Assembly: GCA_963713975.1 (NCBI GenBank)
Contig: OY970218.1
Coordinates: 3,072,001 to 3,136,000 of the forward strand
Length of the DNA stretch: 64,000 nt
Direction of reading: 5' to 3'
From: an uncultured Chloroflexia bacterium
GTDB taxonomy: Bacteria; Chloroflexota; Limnocylindria; Limnocylindrales; CSP1-4
Positions 48,904 to 58,954 of the stretch are shown piece by piece. Position numbers and translations under genes: made by a program. Under the pieces are notes generated by a model. That model did no database searches, had not been told where the DNA came from, and saw only the letters and a list, made by a program, of their open reading frames with translations. Within the stretch, counting starts at the first letter, position 1, and each line of letters begins with the position of its first letter.

Positions 48904-49694
48904 CCGGTGGCTCCTCCGGGCTCGACGGAGATGAGGGTGCCGACCTGCTCGCCCTGGGCAACCCTCGTGATGTTGTCGGGCGCGTTCAGGTCGAACACCA
49001 CGATCGGGAGATGGTTCTCCATGCACAGCGAGACGGCCGCGGCATCGAGGACCTTCAGCTGGTCCTTGAGCACGTCGTGGTAGCTCAGGGTCTCGTAGCG
49101 GCTGGCGTTGGGGTTGGTCATCGGATCCGAATCGTAGACCCCGTCCACCTTCGTCGCCTTGAGCAGGACCTCGGCGTCGATCTCGACGGCCCGCAGGGCC
49201 GCCGCGGTGTCCGTGGTGAAGTACGGGTTGCCGGTGCCGGCAACGAAGATGGTCACGCGACCCTTCTCGAGGTGCCGGACGGCGCGGCGACGGATGTACG
49301 GCTCGGCGATCTCGTTCATCGCGATCGCCGACATGACCCGCACCGGGATCCCGGCTCGCTCGATGGCGTCCTGCAGGGCCAGGCCGTTCATGACCGTGGC
49401 CAGCATGCCGATGTAGTCGCCGGTCGCACGGTCCATGCCCTTGGCCGATGCGGCCAGGCCACGGAAGATGTTGCCGCCACCCACGACGATGCCGACCTGG
49501 ACGCCCATCCCGTGGACGATCCCAACCTGCTTGGCGATGAATGCGCAGAACTGCGGATCGACCCCGTACTGGCGCTCCCCCAAGAGGGCCTCGCCCGACA
49601 GCTTCAGCAGGACCCGGCGGTAGCGGAGCCGGCCGTCGACCGGGGCCGGTTTCGGCCCCTCGCCCGTGCCGGTCTCGCGACCGGCGTCCGTCAC
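48900..49694 (-). CDS. pyrH: Uridylate kinase
   Basis: [37 protein letters not shown] at 49694. Confidence 0.97.
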   Translation of the reverse strand: MTDAGRETGTGEGPKPAPVDGRLRYRRVLLKLSGEALLGERQYGVDPQFCAFIAKQVGIVHGMGVQVGIVVGGGNIFRGLAASAKGMDRATGDYIGMLATVMNGLALQDAIERAGIPVRVMSAIAMNEIAEPYIRRRAVRHLEKGRVTIFVAGTGNPYFTTDTAAALRAVEIDAEVLLKATKVDGVYDSDPMTNPNASRYETLSYHDVLKDQLKVLDAAAVSLCMENHLPIVVFDLNAPDNITRVAQGEQVGTLISVEPGGATG

Positions 49695-50287
49695 ATCTCC
49701 TCCCCGAGGGCGAAGCGCACGAAGCGGCGGACGCGGATGTTCTCGCCGATCGTTGCGATCTGCTCGGTCACCAGGTCGCGCACGGTTCGGTCCTCGTCGC
49801 GGAACGGCTGCTCCAGGAGACAGACCTCCTTGTACCACTTGGCGAGCTGCCCCTCCACGATCTTCTCGCGGATGGCCTCGGGCTTCGCCTGGACCGCCTC
49901 GTCGTCGGCGAGGGCGGCCTTCCTGGCACTGATCACGGCCTCGGGGATCGCGTCCACATCCACGTAGAGCGGGGCAAGGCCGGCGACCTGCATCGCCAGG
50001 TCCCGCACGAGCTTCTGGAACTCGTCCGTGCGGGCGACGAAGTCCGTCTCGCAGTTGACCTCGATCAGCACGCCGACGCGGCCGCCGGTGTGGATGTAGC
50101 TGCTGACCAGGCCCTCGCGGGCGTCACGGCCGGCCTTCTTGGCGGCGGCGGCGAGGCCCTTCTCGCGCAGGTGCGCGACGGCCTTGTCCATGTCGCCGCC
50201 GGTCTCCTCCAGCGCGCGCTTGCAGTCCATCATGCCGGCGCCGGTTCGCTCGCGCAGCTCCTTGACCGCCTCGGCGGTGATTGCCAT
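49691..50287 (-). CDS. tsf: Elongation factor Ts (short form)
   Basis: [36 protein letters not shown]. Confidence 0.97.
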   Translation of the reverse strand: MAITAEAVKELRERTGAGMMDCKRALEETGGDMDKAVAHLREKGLAAAAKKAGRDAREGLVSSYIHTGGRVGVLIEVNCETDFVARTDEFQKLVRDLAMQVAGLAPLYVDVDAIPEAVISARKAALADDEAVQAKPEAIREKIVEGQLAKWYKEVCLLEQPFRDEDRTVRDLVTEQIATIGENIRVRRFVRFALGEEM

Positions 50288-50418
50288 CTGTCCGTGCTCC
50301 TGTCGATCGTGAGCGCGCGGCCGGGCCGTGCGCGGGTGGGTTCATCTCGACCGAGCGCGCCCAAGCGCCTCGGGTGCGGTGCCCGGGAGCGCGGCGGCCC
50401 CGCGGTCCCGGGCCGGGA

Positions 50419-51351
50419 TCAGTCGCCCGGCTTCGCGGCCTCGCCGGCTGCCTCGGCCTCCGGGGCGGCGGGGAGGGCCTCGGTCTCCGGGGCGGCATCG
50501 GCCTTCGGGGAGCCGGGGAGCAGGTCATCGTCCATGTCGGGGTCGAAGGAGAGCGTCCCCCCGGCGGCGAGCTGCGCGACCAGGTCGGCCGCGGCCGCCT
50601 CGTCGAACTCCGGCTCATCGATGGCCTGGGGCACCGGCTCGTCCGCCTCGGCCGAAGCGTGGGCCGCCCGTTGGCGGGCTCCCTCGATCGCGGCGTCCGC
50701 GACCAGCTGGCAGAGCAGCCGGATCGAGCGGATCGCGTCGTCGTTGGCGGGGATGATGTAGTCCAGCTCGTCGGGGTCGACGTTGGTGTCGCCCGTGCCG
50801 ACGACCGGGATCTCGAGCTTGTTCGCCTCGGTGACGGCGATCCGCTCGCGGTGCGGGTCCACGATAAAGATCGCGCCCGGCTGGCGCTTCATCTTGCGGA
50901 TGCCGCCGAGCGTCGCCTGGAGCTTGTTGAGCTCCTCGGTCAGCTTGGCCGCCTCCTTCTTCGAGAGACGGTCGAAGTCGCCGGCCATCTGGCGGGCCTC
51001 GAGCTGGTCGAGCAGCCCGATGCGCTTCTTGATGGTGACGAAGTTGGTCATCATGCCGCCGAGCCAGCGCTTGGTCACGTACGGCTGGCCGGCGCGGATG
51101 GCCTCCTGCATGACCGGCTCCTGGGCCTGCTTCTTGGTGCCGACGAAGAGCACGCTCTCGCCCCGCGCGACGGTCTCCGAGACGAACTCGAGCGCAAGGT
51201 CCAGGCGCTTGACAGTCTGCGCCAGGTCGATGATGTGGATGCCGTTGCGCTCCGCGAAGATGTACGGCTTCATCTTCGGGTTCCAGCGACGGGTCTGGTG
51301 TCCGAAATGGACGCCGGCCTCAAGCAGCTGGCGCATCGAGACGGTGGGCAC
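50419..51351 (-). CDS. rpsB: 30S ribosomal protein S2
   Basis: [39 protein letters not shown]; acidic tail. Confidence 0.98.
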   Translation of the reverse strand: MPTVSMRQLLEAGVHFGHQTRRWNPKMKPYIFAERNGIHIIDLAQTVKRLDLALEFVSETVARGESVLFVGTKKQAQEPVMQEAIRAGQPYVTKRWLGGMMTNFVTIKKRIGLLDQLEARQMAGDFDRLSKKEAAKLTEELNKLQATLGGIRKMKRQPGAIFIVDPHRERIAVTEANKLEIPVVGTGDTNVDPDELDYIIPANDDAIRSIRLLCQLVADAAIEGARQRAAHASAEADEPVPQAIDEPEFDEAAAADLVAQLAAGGTLSFDPDMDDDLLPGSPKADAAPETEALPAAPEAEAAGEAAKPGD

Positions 51352-51540
51352 TGGGTGACCTCCTGCGGTTCTGCCTCCGCGGATCCCCGGCGGGGGCCCC
51401 GGTCCGGCGCTTCATGGCCAGTCCGGCGGCACCGTCCCGTACGGGTTGGCGATCCGCGTGTGTGCTCCGCTCCGGATGGTCCGGCGCGGGCGTGCATGAT
51501 CCCCGTGGCCATCCCACGGGCGGCGCGGAGTGTAGCACAG
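51352..51540 (-). promoter_or_regulatory. rpsB promoter (TGcTACACT, -10 at 51529-51534) and structured S2 leader
   Basis: Extended -10, then a ~170-nt leader containing CACACACGCGGAT paired with ATCCGCG-GAGGCAGAACC, resembling rpsB autoregulatory leaders. Confidence 0.6.
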
Positions 51541-51646
51541 CGTCCGTTCCGGACCCTCCGCGAGTGCCGGTCCTGCGGGCGTCGCCGGGCGCGCTGGTGG
51601 CACCGGGGGATGTGGGCGCGCGGCGGGTCCCCGGGCCATTGTCAGC

Positions 51647-52039
51647 CTACAGGGCGATAGCGAGGTGGTGGCGGATGCTCAGCCGCCCGTCCGCGTCGCG
51701 GTCCACGGCCACGAGATCCACGCGGATCGGGATCGGGGGCAGTGGACGTCCATCGGGCAGCCTGCCCGCAGCCAGGAGCGCCCCGACGCCTCGTCGCAGG
51801 GTCATCCGCTTCCGGCGGTCGAGCGTCTCCTCGGCCAGCCCGAAGTCGCGGCGTCCGCGCCGTCGGACCTCCAGGACGACGAGTGCCGAGGGCGGGCCGG
51901 GGTCGATGGCAACCAGGTCCAGCTCATCCCGGCCGAGACGCACGTTCCGGGCGAGAATCGTCCAGCCGGCACCCTCCAGCCGCGCGGCGACCAGCCGCTC
52001 GCCGGCGTCGCCGATCCGTTGCGAGTCCGTGGACGTCAT
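51647..52039 (-). CDS. YraN family nuclease-like protein
   Basis: GDAGERL.A..L...GW.IL.RN....DELDLVA...VLEVR.R; follows rnhB. Start uncertain. Confidence 0.8.
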   Translation of the reverse strand: MTSTDSQRIGDAGERLVAARLEGAGWTILARNVRLGRDELDLVAIDPGPPSALVVLEVRRRGRRDFGLAEETLDRRKRMTLRRGVGALLAAGRLPDGRPLPPIPIRVDLVAVDRDADGRLSIRHHLAIAL

Positions 52040-52132
52040 CCGATGCACGACCAGAGGATCGGCCGTGGCGCTCATCACCGGCTTACGCCCGTGGACGTTG
52101 CCCGCCACCCGGGATCGACCGGTCGTTCCACG

Positions 52133-52864
52133 TCACCTGCTGACGGCGAGCGCCTCCGCGGCCAGCTGGTCGGCCTCGTCGGTGCCGGTAGCTCCACGGG
52201 GCCCGTCGCCCCGACCCTCGAACAGCGAGAGCTGGTCCCCGGCAAGCAGGACGCGGAGCGCCTGGAAGCTCCGCCGGTGGTGCGGCGTGAGGCCGTGGGC
52301 CCGGATGGCATCGCGATGCTCGCGGGTCGCGTACCCGGAGTTCCGCTCCCATCCGTACTCGGGGTAGCGGGCGGCGAGGCGGGTCATCATCCGGTCCCGC
52401 ACCGTCTTGGCCACGACCGATGCACACGCGATCGAGTAGACGAGCGCGTCACCGTCCACGATCGCGGTGTACGGCCCGACCTCGCGCTCGAACCCCCCGA
52501 TGCGCAGGCCGTCGACCAGGACGTGGTCGTGACCACCCAGCCGCGCGATCGCCCGGCGCATCGCCAAGTGCGTCGCATGGTAGATGTTGAGGCGGTCGAT
52601 GTCGGCCACCGACGCGGCGCCGACCCCGACGGCGATTGCGCGCCGCCAGATCACCGGCGACAGGCGCTCGCGCTGGGCCGCCGACAGCGTCTTGGAGTCA
52701 CGGACACCGGGGATGCGGTGGCAGTTGGGCGACATGATCACGGCGGCGGCCACGACCGCCCCGCAGGTCGGCGCCACGCCCACCTCGTCCACGCCCGCGA
52801 TCCGCGCGGCCCCGGCGCGCCACAGCGGGCGCTCCCAGCGAAGGGTCGGGACGATGACTGCCAT
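52133..52864 (-). CDS. rnhB: Ribonuclease HII
   Basis: AGVDEVG, VRDSKTL, LVDG, GDALVYSIACASVVAK..RD, GYAT.EH, HHRRSF. Confidence 0.92.
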   Translation of the reverse strand: MAVIVPTLRWERPLWRAGAARIAGVDEVGVAPTCGAVVAAAVIMSPNCHRIPGVRDSKTLSAAQRERLSPVIWRRAIAVGVGAASVADIDRLNIYHATHLAMRRAIARLGGHDHVLVDGLRIGGFEREVGPYTAIVDGDALVYSIACASVVAKTVRDRMMTRLAARYPEYGWERNSGYATREHRDAIRAHGLTPHHRRSFQALRVLLAGDQLSLFEGRGDGPRGATGTDEADQLAAEALAVSR

Positions 52865-52911
52865 CGCCGGACAGGGTATCGCGCCGCCCTCCTGGTGGCA
52901 CACTGGGATAC

Positions 52912-53745
52912 GTGCAGCGCCCGTTCGCCCAAGTCGACGTGTTCACCACCGGGCCGGGTCTCGGCAATCCGCTCGCGGTTGTCCTCGACGGCACCGGTCT
53001 CACGTCCGCGGAGATGCGGCGGTTCGCCCGCTGGACCAACCTGTCCGAGACGACCTTCGTGCTGCCGCCGGACGACGATCGGGCAGACTACCGCGTCCGG
53101 ATCTTCACCCCGGACGATGAGCTGCCCTTTGCAGGCCATCCGACGCTGGGCACCTGCCACGCCTGGCTGGAGGCTGGCGGGATGCCGCGGTCGTCCGAGA
53201 CGGTCGTGCAGGCGTGCGGCGCGGGGCTCGTGAGGGTGCGCAGTGACCGGGACGGCAACCTTTCCTTCGCCGCACCGCCCATCGTCAGGTCCGGGCCCGT
53301 GGACGAGCCCCTGGTCGAGAGGATCGTCGCGTCGGTGGGACTCTCACGGTCCGACGTCGTCGACGCCCAATGGGTCGACAACGGGCCGGGCTGGGTGGCG
53401 GTCCTGCTGCGCGATGCACAGGCGGTCATGGACGTGACGCCGGGCGACGTCTTCCTGGACCTCGGCCTGCTCGGCCTCCACGCGCCGGGGTCGGAGGTCG
53501 CGCTCGAGGTACGCGCCCTGTACCCGCAGAACGGCTACGTCGTCGAGGACCCCGTGACCGGCAGCCTCAACGCATCGGCGGCGCAGTGGCTGATCGCGAC
53601 CGGACGGTTGGCAGCTCCATACACCGCCGCCCAGGGCGGCGCCATCGGGCGGGCAGGCCGGGTGAGGATCACCCAGGACCCGGATGGCACGGTGTGGACC
53701 GGCGGGCGGTCGGTCACCGTGGTCCGAGGCGTCGTCGAACTCTGA
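52912..53745 (+). CDS. PhzF family isomerase
   Basis: VDVF...GNPLAVV, NLSETTF, RIFTP..ELPFAGHPT, EDPVTGS. Confidence 0.92.
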   Translation: MQRPFAQVDVFTTGPGLGNPLAVVLDGTGLTSAEMRRFARWTNLSETTFVLPPDDDRADYRVRIFTPDDELPFAGHPTLGTCHAWLEAGGMPRSSETVVQACGAGLVRVRSDRDGNLSFAAPPIVRSGPVDEPLVERIVASVGLSRSDVVDAQWVDNGPGWVAVLLRDAQAVMDVTPGDVFLDLGLLGLHAPGSEVALEVRALYPQNGYVVEDPVTGSLNASAAQWLIATGRLAAPYTAAQGGAIGRAGRVRITQDPDGTVWTGGRSVTVVRGVVEL

Positions 53746-53772
53746 CGACACCCCGACACCACCGGCGTCCGG

Positions 53773-54306
53773 TCAGCCGGGATGGGCGGTCCGGTACTCC
53801 TCGATCGCCTGCTCGAAGGTGTGATCCGAGGTGATGTCGAGGTGCACGACGGGCTGCGCAGCATGGAACTCGGTCGTGACCGCCACGAAGTCGGTCCACG
53901 CATCCACGCCCTGCGGGTCGAGCGCGACCACGAGTCCGCTGCGGCCGGCCCGCATCGCGTCGGTCACCGCCTCCAGGTCCTTGTGCTGCATCCCGCTGTC
54001 GCGCAGGGCCACGACAGCCCCGATCCCGGCGCCGATCACCACGGCGCCTAGCCCCACCGGCCCAGCCGCCACGAGGAGCATGCCAATCGCGCCGCCGACC
54101 AGGCCCCCACGGGTGCTGCCGGGGTCGACGCCCTTATCGCCCTCGATCCTGACCTTGCCCTCGCTGTCCTTGGTCGCGAGCGCCCAGTCGAGGACCCGGA
54201 TCACCTTGGCCGAGTCCGCCTCCTGAACCAGGCTGAGGACGTTGCGCGCGATCATCTCCTCCGAGAAGCCCATCAGGACGAGGTGGGCGGCTTTCAGCTC
54301 AGACAC
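53773..54306 (-). CDS. DUF1269-like membrane protein
   Basis: Central glycine-rich hydrophobic hairpin GGLVGGAIGMLLVAAGPVGLGAVVIGAGIGA followed by DSG. Confidence 0.6.
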   Translation of the reverse strand: MSELKAAHLVLMGFSEEMIARNVLSLVQEADSAKVIRVLDWALATKDSEGKVRIEGDKGVDPGSTRGGLVGGAIGMLLVAAGPVGLGAVVIGAGIGAVVALRDSGMQHKDLEAVTDAMRAGRSGLVVALDPQGVDAWTDFVAVTTEFHAAQPVVHLDITSDHTFEQAIEEYRTAHPG

Positions 54307-54380
54307 GGGGTCGATGCCTCCTGGGGGCGGGCCGGGCGCCGCCTGCGAGCACAGGCTACATCGCCAGCGGCCCGGACACG

Positions 54381-54408
54381 AAACGACCCCCGTACGGGAC
54401 GGGGGTCG
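54381..54408 (-). terminator. Rho-independent terminator after rplS
   Basis: CGACCCCCGT-loop-ACGGGGGTCG followed by TTT on the minus strand. Confidence 0.7.
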
Positions 54409-54452
54409 GACGAGATTGCAGCCGCGGACCGATGGGTCCGGGCGGACGCGGG

Positions 54453-54797
54453 CTAGCGGCGCTCGCGGAGCGTGGTCGCGGCCTTGCCGACGCGGTTGCG
54501 AAGGAAGTACAGCTTGGCCCGGCGGACCTGGCCGTGACGGACGACCTCGATCCTCTCGATGCGCGGGCTGTGGAGCTTGAAGGTGCGCTCGACGCCGACG
54601 CCGGACGCGATGCGGCGGACCGTCATGGCCGACGCGATCCCGCTGTTGCGCATCCGCATGACGAGGCCTTCGAAGACCTGGATGCGCTCGCGATTGCCTT
54701 CGACGACCTTCGCCGACACCTTCACGGTGTCGCCGGGGGTGATCACCGGCAGGTCTGTCCGCAGCTGGTCCTGGACGATCTCGTTGAGCACGTTCAC
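54453..54797 (-). CDS. rplS: 50S ribosomal protein L19
   Basis: [41 protein letters not shown] at 54797. Confidence 0.97.
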   Translation of the reverse strand: MNVLNEIVQDQLRTDLPVITPGDTVKVSAKVVEGNRERIQVFEGLVMRMRNSGIASAMTVRRIASGVGVERTFKLHSPRIERIEVVRHGQVRRAKLYFLRNRVGKAATTLRERR

Positions 54798-54884
54798 GGT
54801 AGGAGGATCCTTGTTCGGTCGTCGGCAGCCGCGGCTGCAGGGGTCACGGGTTCCGGGGCGGCGGGCCACTGCGGGCGCGGCCGA

Positions 54885-54899
54885 CGGCGGAGGATAGCA
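54885..54899 (-). promoter_or_regulatory. rplS internal promoter (extended -10)
   Basis: TGCTATCCTCCGCCG, identical to the rpsO element. Confidence 0.6.
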
Positions 54900-54915
54900 C
54901 GACGGCGCCCCCGTG

Positions 54916-55698
54916 TCAGGCCTCGGTACCCCCGCCAGGTGCGTCCCCGACCCCGCCGGCGTCGGGATCGGCCCGCAGCTCCGCCCTCAGGTCGGCCAGC
55001 ATCGATGCCTCCTCCCGGGTCTGGGTACGACCGGCCAGCAGGTCCGGCCTGCGGACGAGGGTCCGGCGGAGGGACTCCCGCAGCCGCCACTTGCGCACCT
55101 GCTCGTGGTGGCCCGACACGAGCACCGGCGGCACCGATACCTCCTCGAATGTGGCGGGTCGCGTGTACTGCGGGTATTCGAGCAGACCCGCGGCGAAGGA
55201 CTCCTCGTTCGTGGAAGCCTCGTCGATCGCCCCGGGCAGAAGACGCAGGACCGCGTCGAGGACGACCAGGGCCGCGAGCTCGCCGCCGGTCAGCACGAAG
55301 TCGCCGATCGAGATCTCCAGGTCCACCATCGAGCGGATGCGCTCGTCCACCCCTTCGTAGCGCGGACACAGGAACACCAGGTGAGGACGCTCGGCGAGCG
55401 TGTGGGCAACCGGCTGGCGGAACACCTCGCCGGCCGGGTCGAGCAGGATCACGGTGGAATCGGGGCGCCGGAGCTCGGTCAGCGCGGCCGCCACGACCTC
55501 CGGCCGCAGGACCATGCCCGCGCCGCCGCCGTAGGTGTAGTCGTCCACGGTCCGGTGACGGCCCAGGCCCCAGTGACGGAGATCGTGGACCCGGACCACG
55601 GCGAGCCCGCGCTCCTGGATGCGGGCCGGGATGCTCGCCCCGAGGGGGCCCTCCACCATGGGCGGGAAGAGGGTCAGGATGTCGACCTCGAGGGCCAT
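54916..55698 (-). CDS. trmD: tRNA (guanine-N1)-methyltransferase
   Basis: [42 protein letters not shown]. Confidence 0.97.
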   Translation of the reverse strand: MALEVDILTLFPPMVEGPLGASIPARIQERGLAVVRVHDLRHWGLGRHRTVDDYTYGGGAGMVLRPEVVAAALTELRRPDSTVILLDPAGEVFRQPVAHTLAERPHLVFLCPRYEGVDERIRSMVDLEISIGDFVLTGGELAALVVLDAVLRLLPGAIDEASTNEESFAAGLLEYPQYTRPATFEEVSVPPVLVSGHHEQVRKWRLRESLRRTLVRRPDLLAGRTQTREEASMLADLRAELRADPDAGGVGDAPGGGTEA

Positions 55699-56423
55699 CA
55701 GGCGCCCGGGGCGCCCGGGTCCGAGGCGACTGGCTTGCGGACCGGTCCGGTCCCCGGCTTCGGCTGAGCAGGTCCCTTGGGCTTGGCCTGCTTCCTCGGG
55801 CGCCGGTCTCGGGGCCGAACGTAGTCCTCGTCGTCCACCGGTCGCGCATCCATGTCCAGCGCGTCCAGGTCGACGATCATCTCGCCCCTGTCCGGCGCGA
55901 GCTCGGCCACGATCCCGCGCACGCCCGGCACGTCGAGCTCACCGCGGGGGCCGCGCACCACGAAGACCTCGGCGCCGCCGGCCCGGTAGATCTCCACGAC
56001 GGAGCCCAGCTCCTCGCCGGTCGTCGAGCGCACGGCGAGACCCTCAAGCTCGTGGAAGAGCCAGCGTCCGGGCTCCCGCTCCTCGACGGGTGCATCGATC
56101 TCGAGGTAGCGGTCACGCAGCGTCTCCGCCGCGGCGCGATCGGGTGTCTCCGCGAAGCGCAGCCACCAGCCCGGGCCATCCGCGACCGGCGAGGCCTCCG
56201 CGATAGTCAGTCCCGTGCTCGTGCCCTCGAGGTAGAGCGTCGCGCCGACCGTGAACCTTTCCTCCGGACGGTCCGTGAGGAGCTCAACGCGGGTATGGCC
56301 GCGCAGTCCACGGAACCCGCGAACCAGGGCGACCACGAGCCGCGCCGGGGTGGCGCCTGGCGCGGCAGTGTCGTGGTCGCCGGGCGCCGGTGTGGCGTCG
56401 TCGGCGGAGGGAGTGGGCGCCAG
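55698..56423 (-). CDS. rimM: Ribosome maturation factor RimM (start probably CTG 56423, otherwise GTG 56336)
   Basis: RLVVALVRGFRGLRG, ELEGLAV....GEELG.V PRC barrel; lies between khpA and trmD. Confidence 0.85.
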   Translation of the reverse strand: MAPTPSADDATPAPGDHDTAAPGATPARLVVALVRGFRGLRGHTRVELLTDRPEERFTVGATLYLEGTSTGLTIAEASPVADGPGWWLRFAETPDRAAAETLRDRYLEIDAPVEEREPGRWLFHELEGLAVRSTTGEELGSVVEIYRAGGAEVFVVRGPRGELDVPGVRGIVAELAPDRGEMIVDLDALDMDARPVDDEDYVRPRDRRPRKQAKPKGPAQPKPGTGPVRKPVASDPGAPGA

Positions 56424-56433
56424 GACCGGCTCC

Positions 56434-56667
56434 CTAGACGATCTCGAGGCTGACCGGCTCGCCCGACCGGGCGGACGTCACCTTGAGCAGGGTTCGGAGG
56501 GCCTTGGCGACGCTGCCGTTGCGCCCGATGACCTTGCCCATGTCGGCCTCGGCCACGTGGAGCTCGATGACCATGCCGTCCTCGCCGTTGACGACGTCGA
56601 CGGTCACGGACTCGGGATCATCCACGAGGGACTTGGCCACGTATTCGACGAGCTCTGCTGCTGCCAT
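56434..56667 (-). CDS. khpA: KH domain RNA-binding protein
   Basis: ELVEY.AKSLVDDPE...DMGKVIGRNG..AKALRT; 77 aa. Confidence 0.92.
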   Translation of the reverse strand: MAAAELVEYVAKSLVDDPESVTVDVVNGEDGMVIELHVAEADMGKVIGRNGSVAKALRTLLKVTSARSGEPVSLEIV

Positions 56668-56674
56668 CCCGGGC

Positions 56675-56929
56675 CTACTTGGCGGCCGGCAGCACGCCGG
56701 CCTGCCTGAAGAGGCGGCGGACGGTATCCGAGGGCTGGGCGCCCTTGGACATCCAGTCCTTGGCCTTGGCTTCGTCGACCACGAGCTCGACCGGGTCGGT
56801 ACGCGGGTTGTAGTGCCCGATCGTGTCGATGGCTCGGCCGTCGCGGGCGGAGCGGCTGTCGGCAACGACCAGCCGGTAGCTCGGCTGCTTGGTCGCCCCG
56901 ACACGGGTCAGGCGGATTCGGACGGACAT
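56675..56929 (-). CDS. rpsP: 30S ribosomal protein S16
   Basis: [33 protein letters not shown]. Confidence 0.97.
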   Translation of the reverse strand: MSVRIRLTRVGATKQPSYRLVVADSRSARDGRAIDTIGHYNPRTDPVELVVDEAKAKDWMSKGAQPSDTVRRLFRQAGVLPAAK

Positions 56930-57010
56930 CTGGTTTCGGTGCTCCTCCATGGGCGGGTCCTTGGGCCGGACCCGCGAACGCTGGGCTGGGTGGATGTGGT
57001 GGCGGCGCGG

Positions 57011-58936
57011 TCAGCTCCCGACCACGCTGATGATGACGGTTCCGCTGTCGATGGTCTCACCGGGGACCGTGGTCCCGATGATGCTGTCGAATGCGGCGAG
57101 GTAGGGCTTGGCATTGGCGTCGTAGTCCGACCGGGCGTCAGCGGGGACCATACCCTCGATGAAGCCGCGGATCCCGGCCACGTCGACCCAGAACATCGCG
57201 GAGTTGCTCTTGCCGGCCTTGTCCAGCGCGGTCGAGAACCGCTCGGTCGTCGCGAGCGACGCGCCGGTGCTGGCGTCCAGGACCCCCTTGACGAAGTCCG
57301 TGCCGTAGCCGATCACGACCACGTCGTCGGTGACCGCGTAGGCGATCGACAGGTCGGCGGGCACCGGCGCGTCGAACATGGACACGTCGCCTGCCAGGCC
57401 ACCCAGGCCGATGACGGTGATGGTGGTCCCGGCGTACGGTTCCTCGGTGACGGTGATGCCGGCCTGGGCGCCTCCGAGCTGGAGCAGCGCCTTGAGCTGG
57501 CCCAGGAGCTTGTCAGCGGCGGCTGCGTCGGTGGGGACGATCACGACGCCGCCGCCCACCTTGTCACCATCCACCGTGAGGGCAATGCCGGCCTCACCGA
57601 TCCAGCCGGTGGCAGCATCGAAGCCGCCCACGAGCGCGAGGGCGTCGTCAACCTGCTTCACCGCGTCGCCCAGCGAGGGGTCGGCAGCCAACTGGTCCTT
57701 CACCTGCTTGATGGTCTTGCCGACGTCGTGACCCTCGGCGAGGAACACGGTGGTCGGCGGCACGAGGCTCGGGATCTTGGACACGGCGTTCTGCGGCGCA
57801 CCCGCCGACTCGACGTGCGGGGACCGGGTGTCGACGACGAATGCGCCATCGCGCACGCTGATCGACGCTGCGGCCCACGGCGCCACGAAGTCCTGGACCA
57901 TCGCCGGCAGCTCCGGCAGCGCCTCGGCGGCGGGTCCTGCGAGGTTCGTGGCTCCCTTGACGATGGCGGCGGTGTCGACGTAGGCGAAGCCGAGGCGGTC
58001 GCCCGTGAGCGATGCTTCGGCGTCCTGGAACTGATTGTCCGTGGGCAGGCCCGTCTTCCCGCCGGTGTCGATGGCGGCCTTGACCGATGCCAGGTCGCCG
58101 ATCGCGAGGACGGGTCCGGTGACGGCGTACGCCCCGTGGGCGTCGGCGGCCATGCCGCTCGAGCCCGCCGGCGGGCTCACCGTCGTGATCGTCACGCCGT
58201 TGTAGGTCTTGGTGGCGGTGGTGCCACCCTCGCTCGCCACGAGGCCGTCCGCCCAGGCCGATGCCTTGGTGGCGTCCGTGACGCTGAGCAGGACCAGTGC
58301 GCGGGCTCCCGCGGCATCCGCGGTCGCCGGCAGCGGCCCGACGCTCGCCCCGACCTGGCCCCCGAACCATGGCTCGATGTCGGTCTTGTAGCTCTGGCTG
58401 CCGTCGGTCGCCTGCCCGACCAGCTGGTCCAGGGCTTCGGACAGCTTGACTGGGAACGCAGCCTGGTCCTCGAAGCCCGGGATGGCCTTCATGACCTTGG
58501 CCAGCTCCGCGCCCTGGCTCCCCGGGAGGTCCAGGCGGAACTCGGCGTAGGCGACGCTGTCGGCAGGCGTCCAGGCGAGGACGGATGGGTCGCCGGAGTC
58601 GCTGGTGAGCAGGCTGGCCGCGCCCACCGCCGCAAAGACGACGAGGAGCGAGATCACACCCGCCACGACCCACTTCAGCCGGCTGCGACCCGGACGGGCC
58701 GCCTTGGGTGCAGCAGCGACGGGGCTGGTCGCAACGGTGTCGGGCGCGGCCTCGGCCGGCGCGAACTGTGGCGCCGCCGCGGGCGGCAGCGGGACCGCGG
58801 GCGGCGCATCGGCAGCTGTGGGCGGCGCATCAGCCGCCGCGGGCGGCGCGGACTGCGCCGGGGCCGCGGGCGGCCCGGCCGGCGCGGACTCTGGCTCTGG
58901 AGCCCGGTAGACCTGAGTCGGATCCTGGTCAGTCAT
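57011..58936 (-). CDS. DUF3352-like membrane-anchored protein
   Basis: Pro/Ala-rich N-terminus, TM helix, P..SVAY, YKTDIEPWFGG; two repeated halves (..YNGVTITT / ..YAGTTITV). Confidence 0.65.
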   Translation of the reverse strand: MTDQDPTQVYRAPEPESAPAGPPAAPAQSAPPAAADAPPTAADAPPAVPLPPAAAPQFAPAEAAPDTVATSPVAAAPKAARPGRSRLKWVVAGVISLLVVFAAVGAASLLTSDSGDPSVLAWTPADSVAYAEFRLDLPGSQGAELAKVMKAIPGFEDQAAFPVKLSEALDQLVGQATDGSQSYKTDIEPWFGGQVGASVGPLPATADAAGARALVLLSVTDATKASAWADGLVASEGGTTATKTYNGVTITTVSPPAGSSGMAADAHGAYAVTGPVLAIGDLASVKAAIDTGGKTGLPTDNQFQDAEASLTGDRLGFAYVDTAAIVKGATNLAGPAAEALPELPAMVQDFVAPWAAASISVRDGAFVVDTRSPHVESAGAPQNAVSKIPSLVPPTTVFLAEGHDVGKTIKQVKDQLAADPSLGDAVKQVDDALALVGGFDAATGWIGEAGIALTVDGDKVGGGVVIVPTDAAAADKLLGQLKALLQLGGAQAGITVTEEPYAGTTITVIGLGGLAGDVSMFDAPVPADLSIAYAVTDDVVVIGYGTDFVKGVLDASTGASLATTERFSTALDKAGKSNSAMFWVDVAGIRGFIEGMVPADARSDYDANAKPYLAAFDSIIGTTVPGETIDSGTVIISVVGS

Positions 58937-58954
58937 GGTTCCTCGTTCCCCCGC

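Noticed and set aside
49691-50287. EF-Ts of only 198 aa as a truncation
   Set aside because: The short form is well known, e.g. in Thermus and cyanobacteria.
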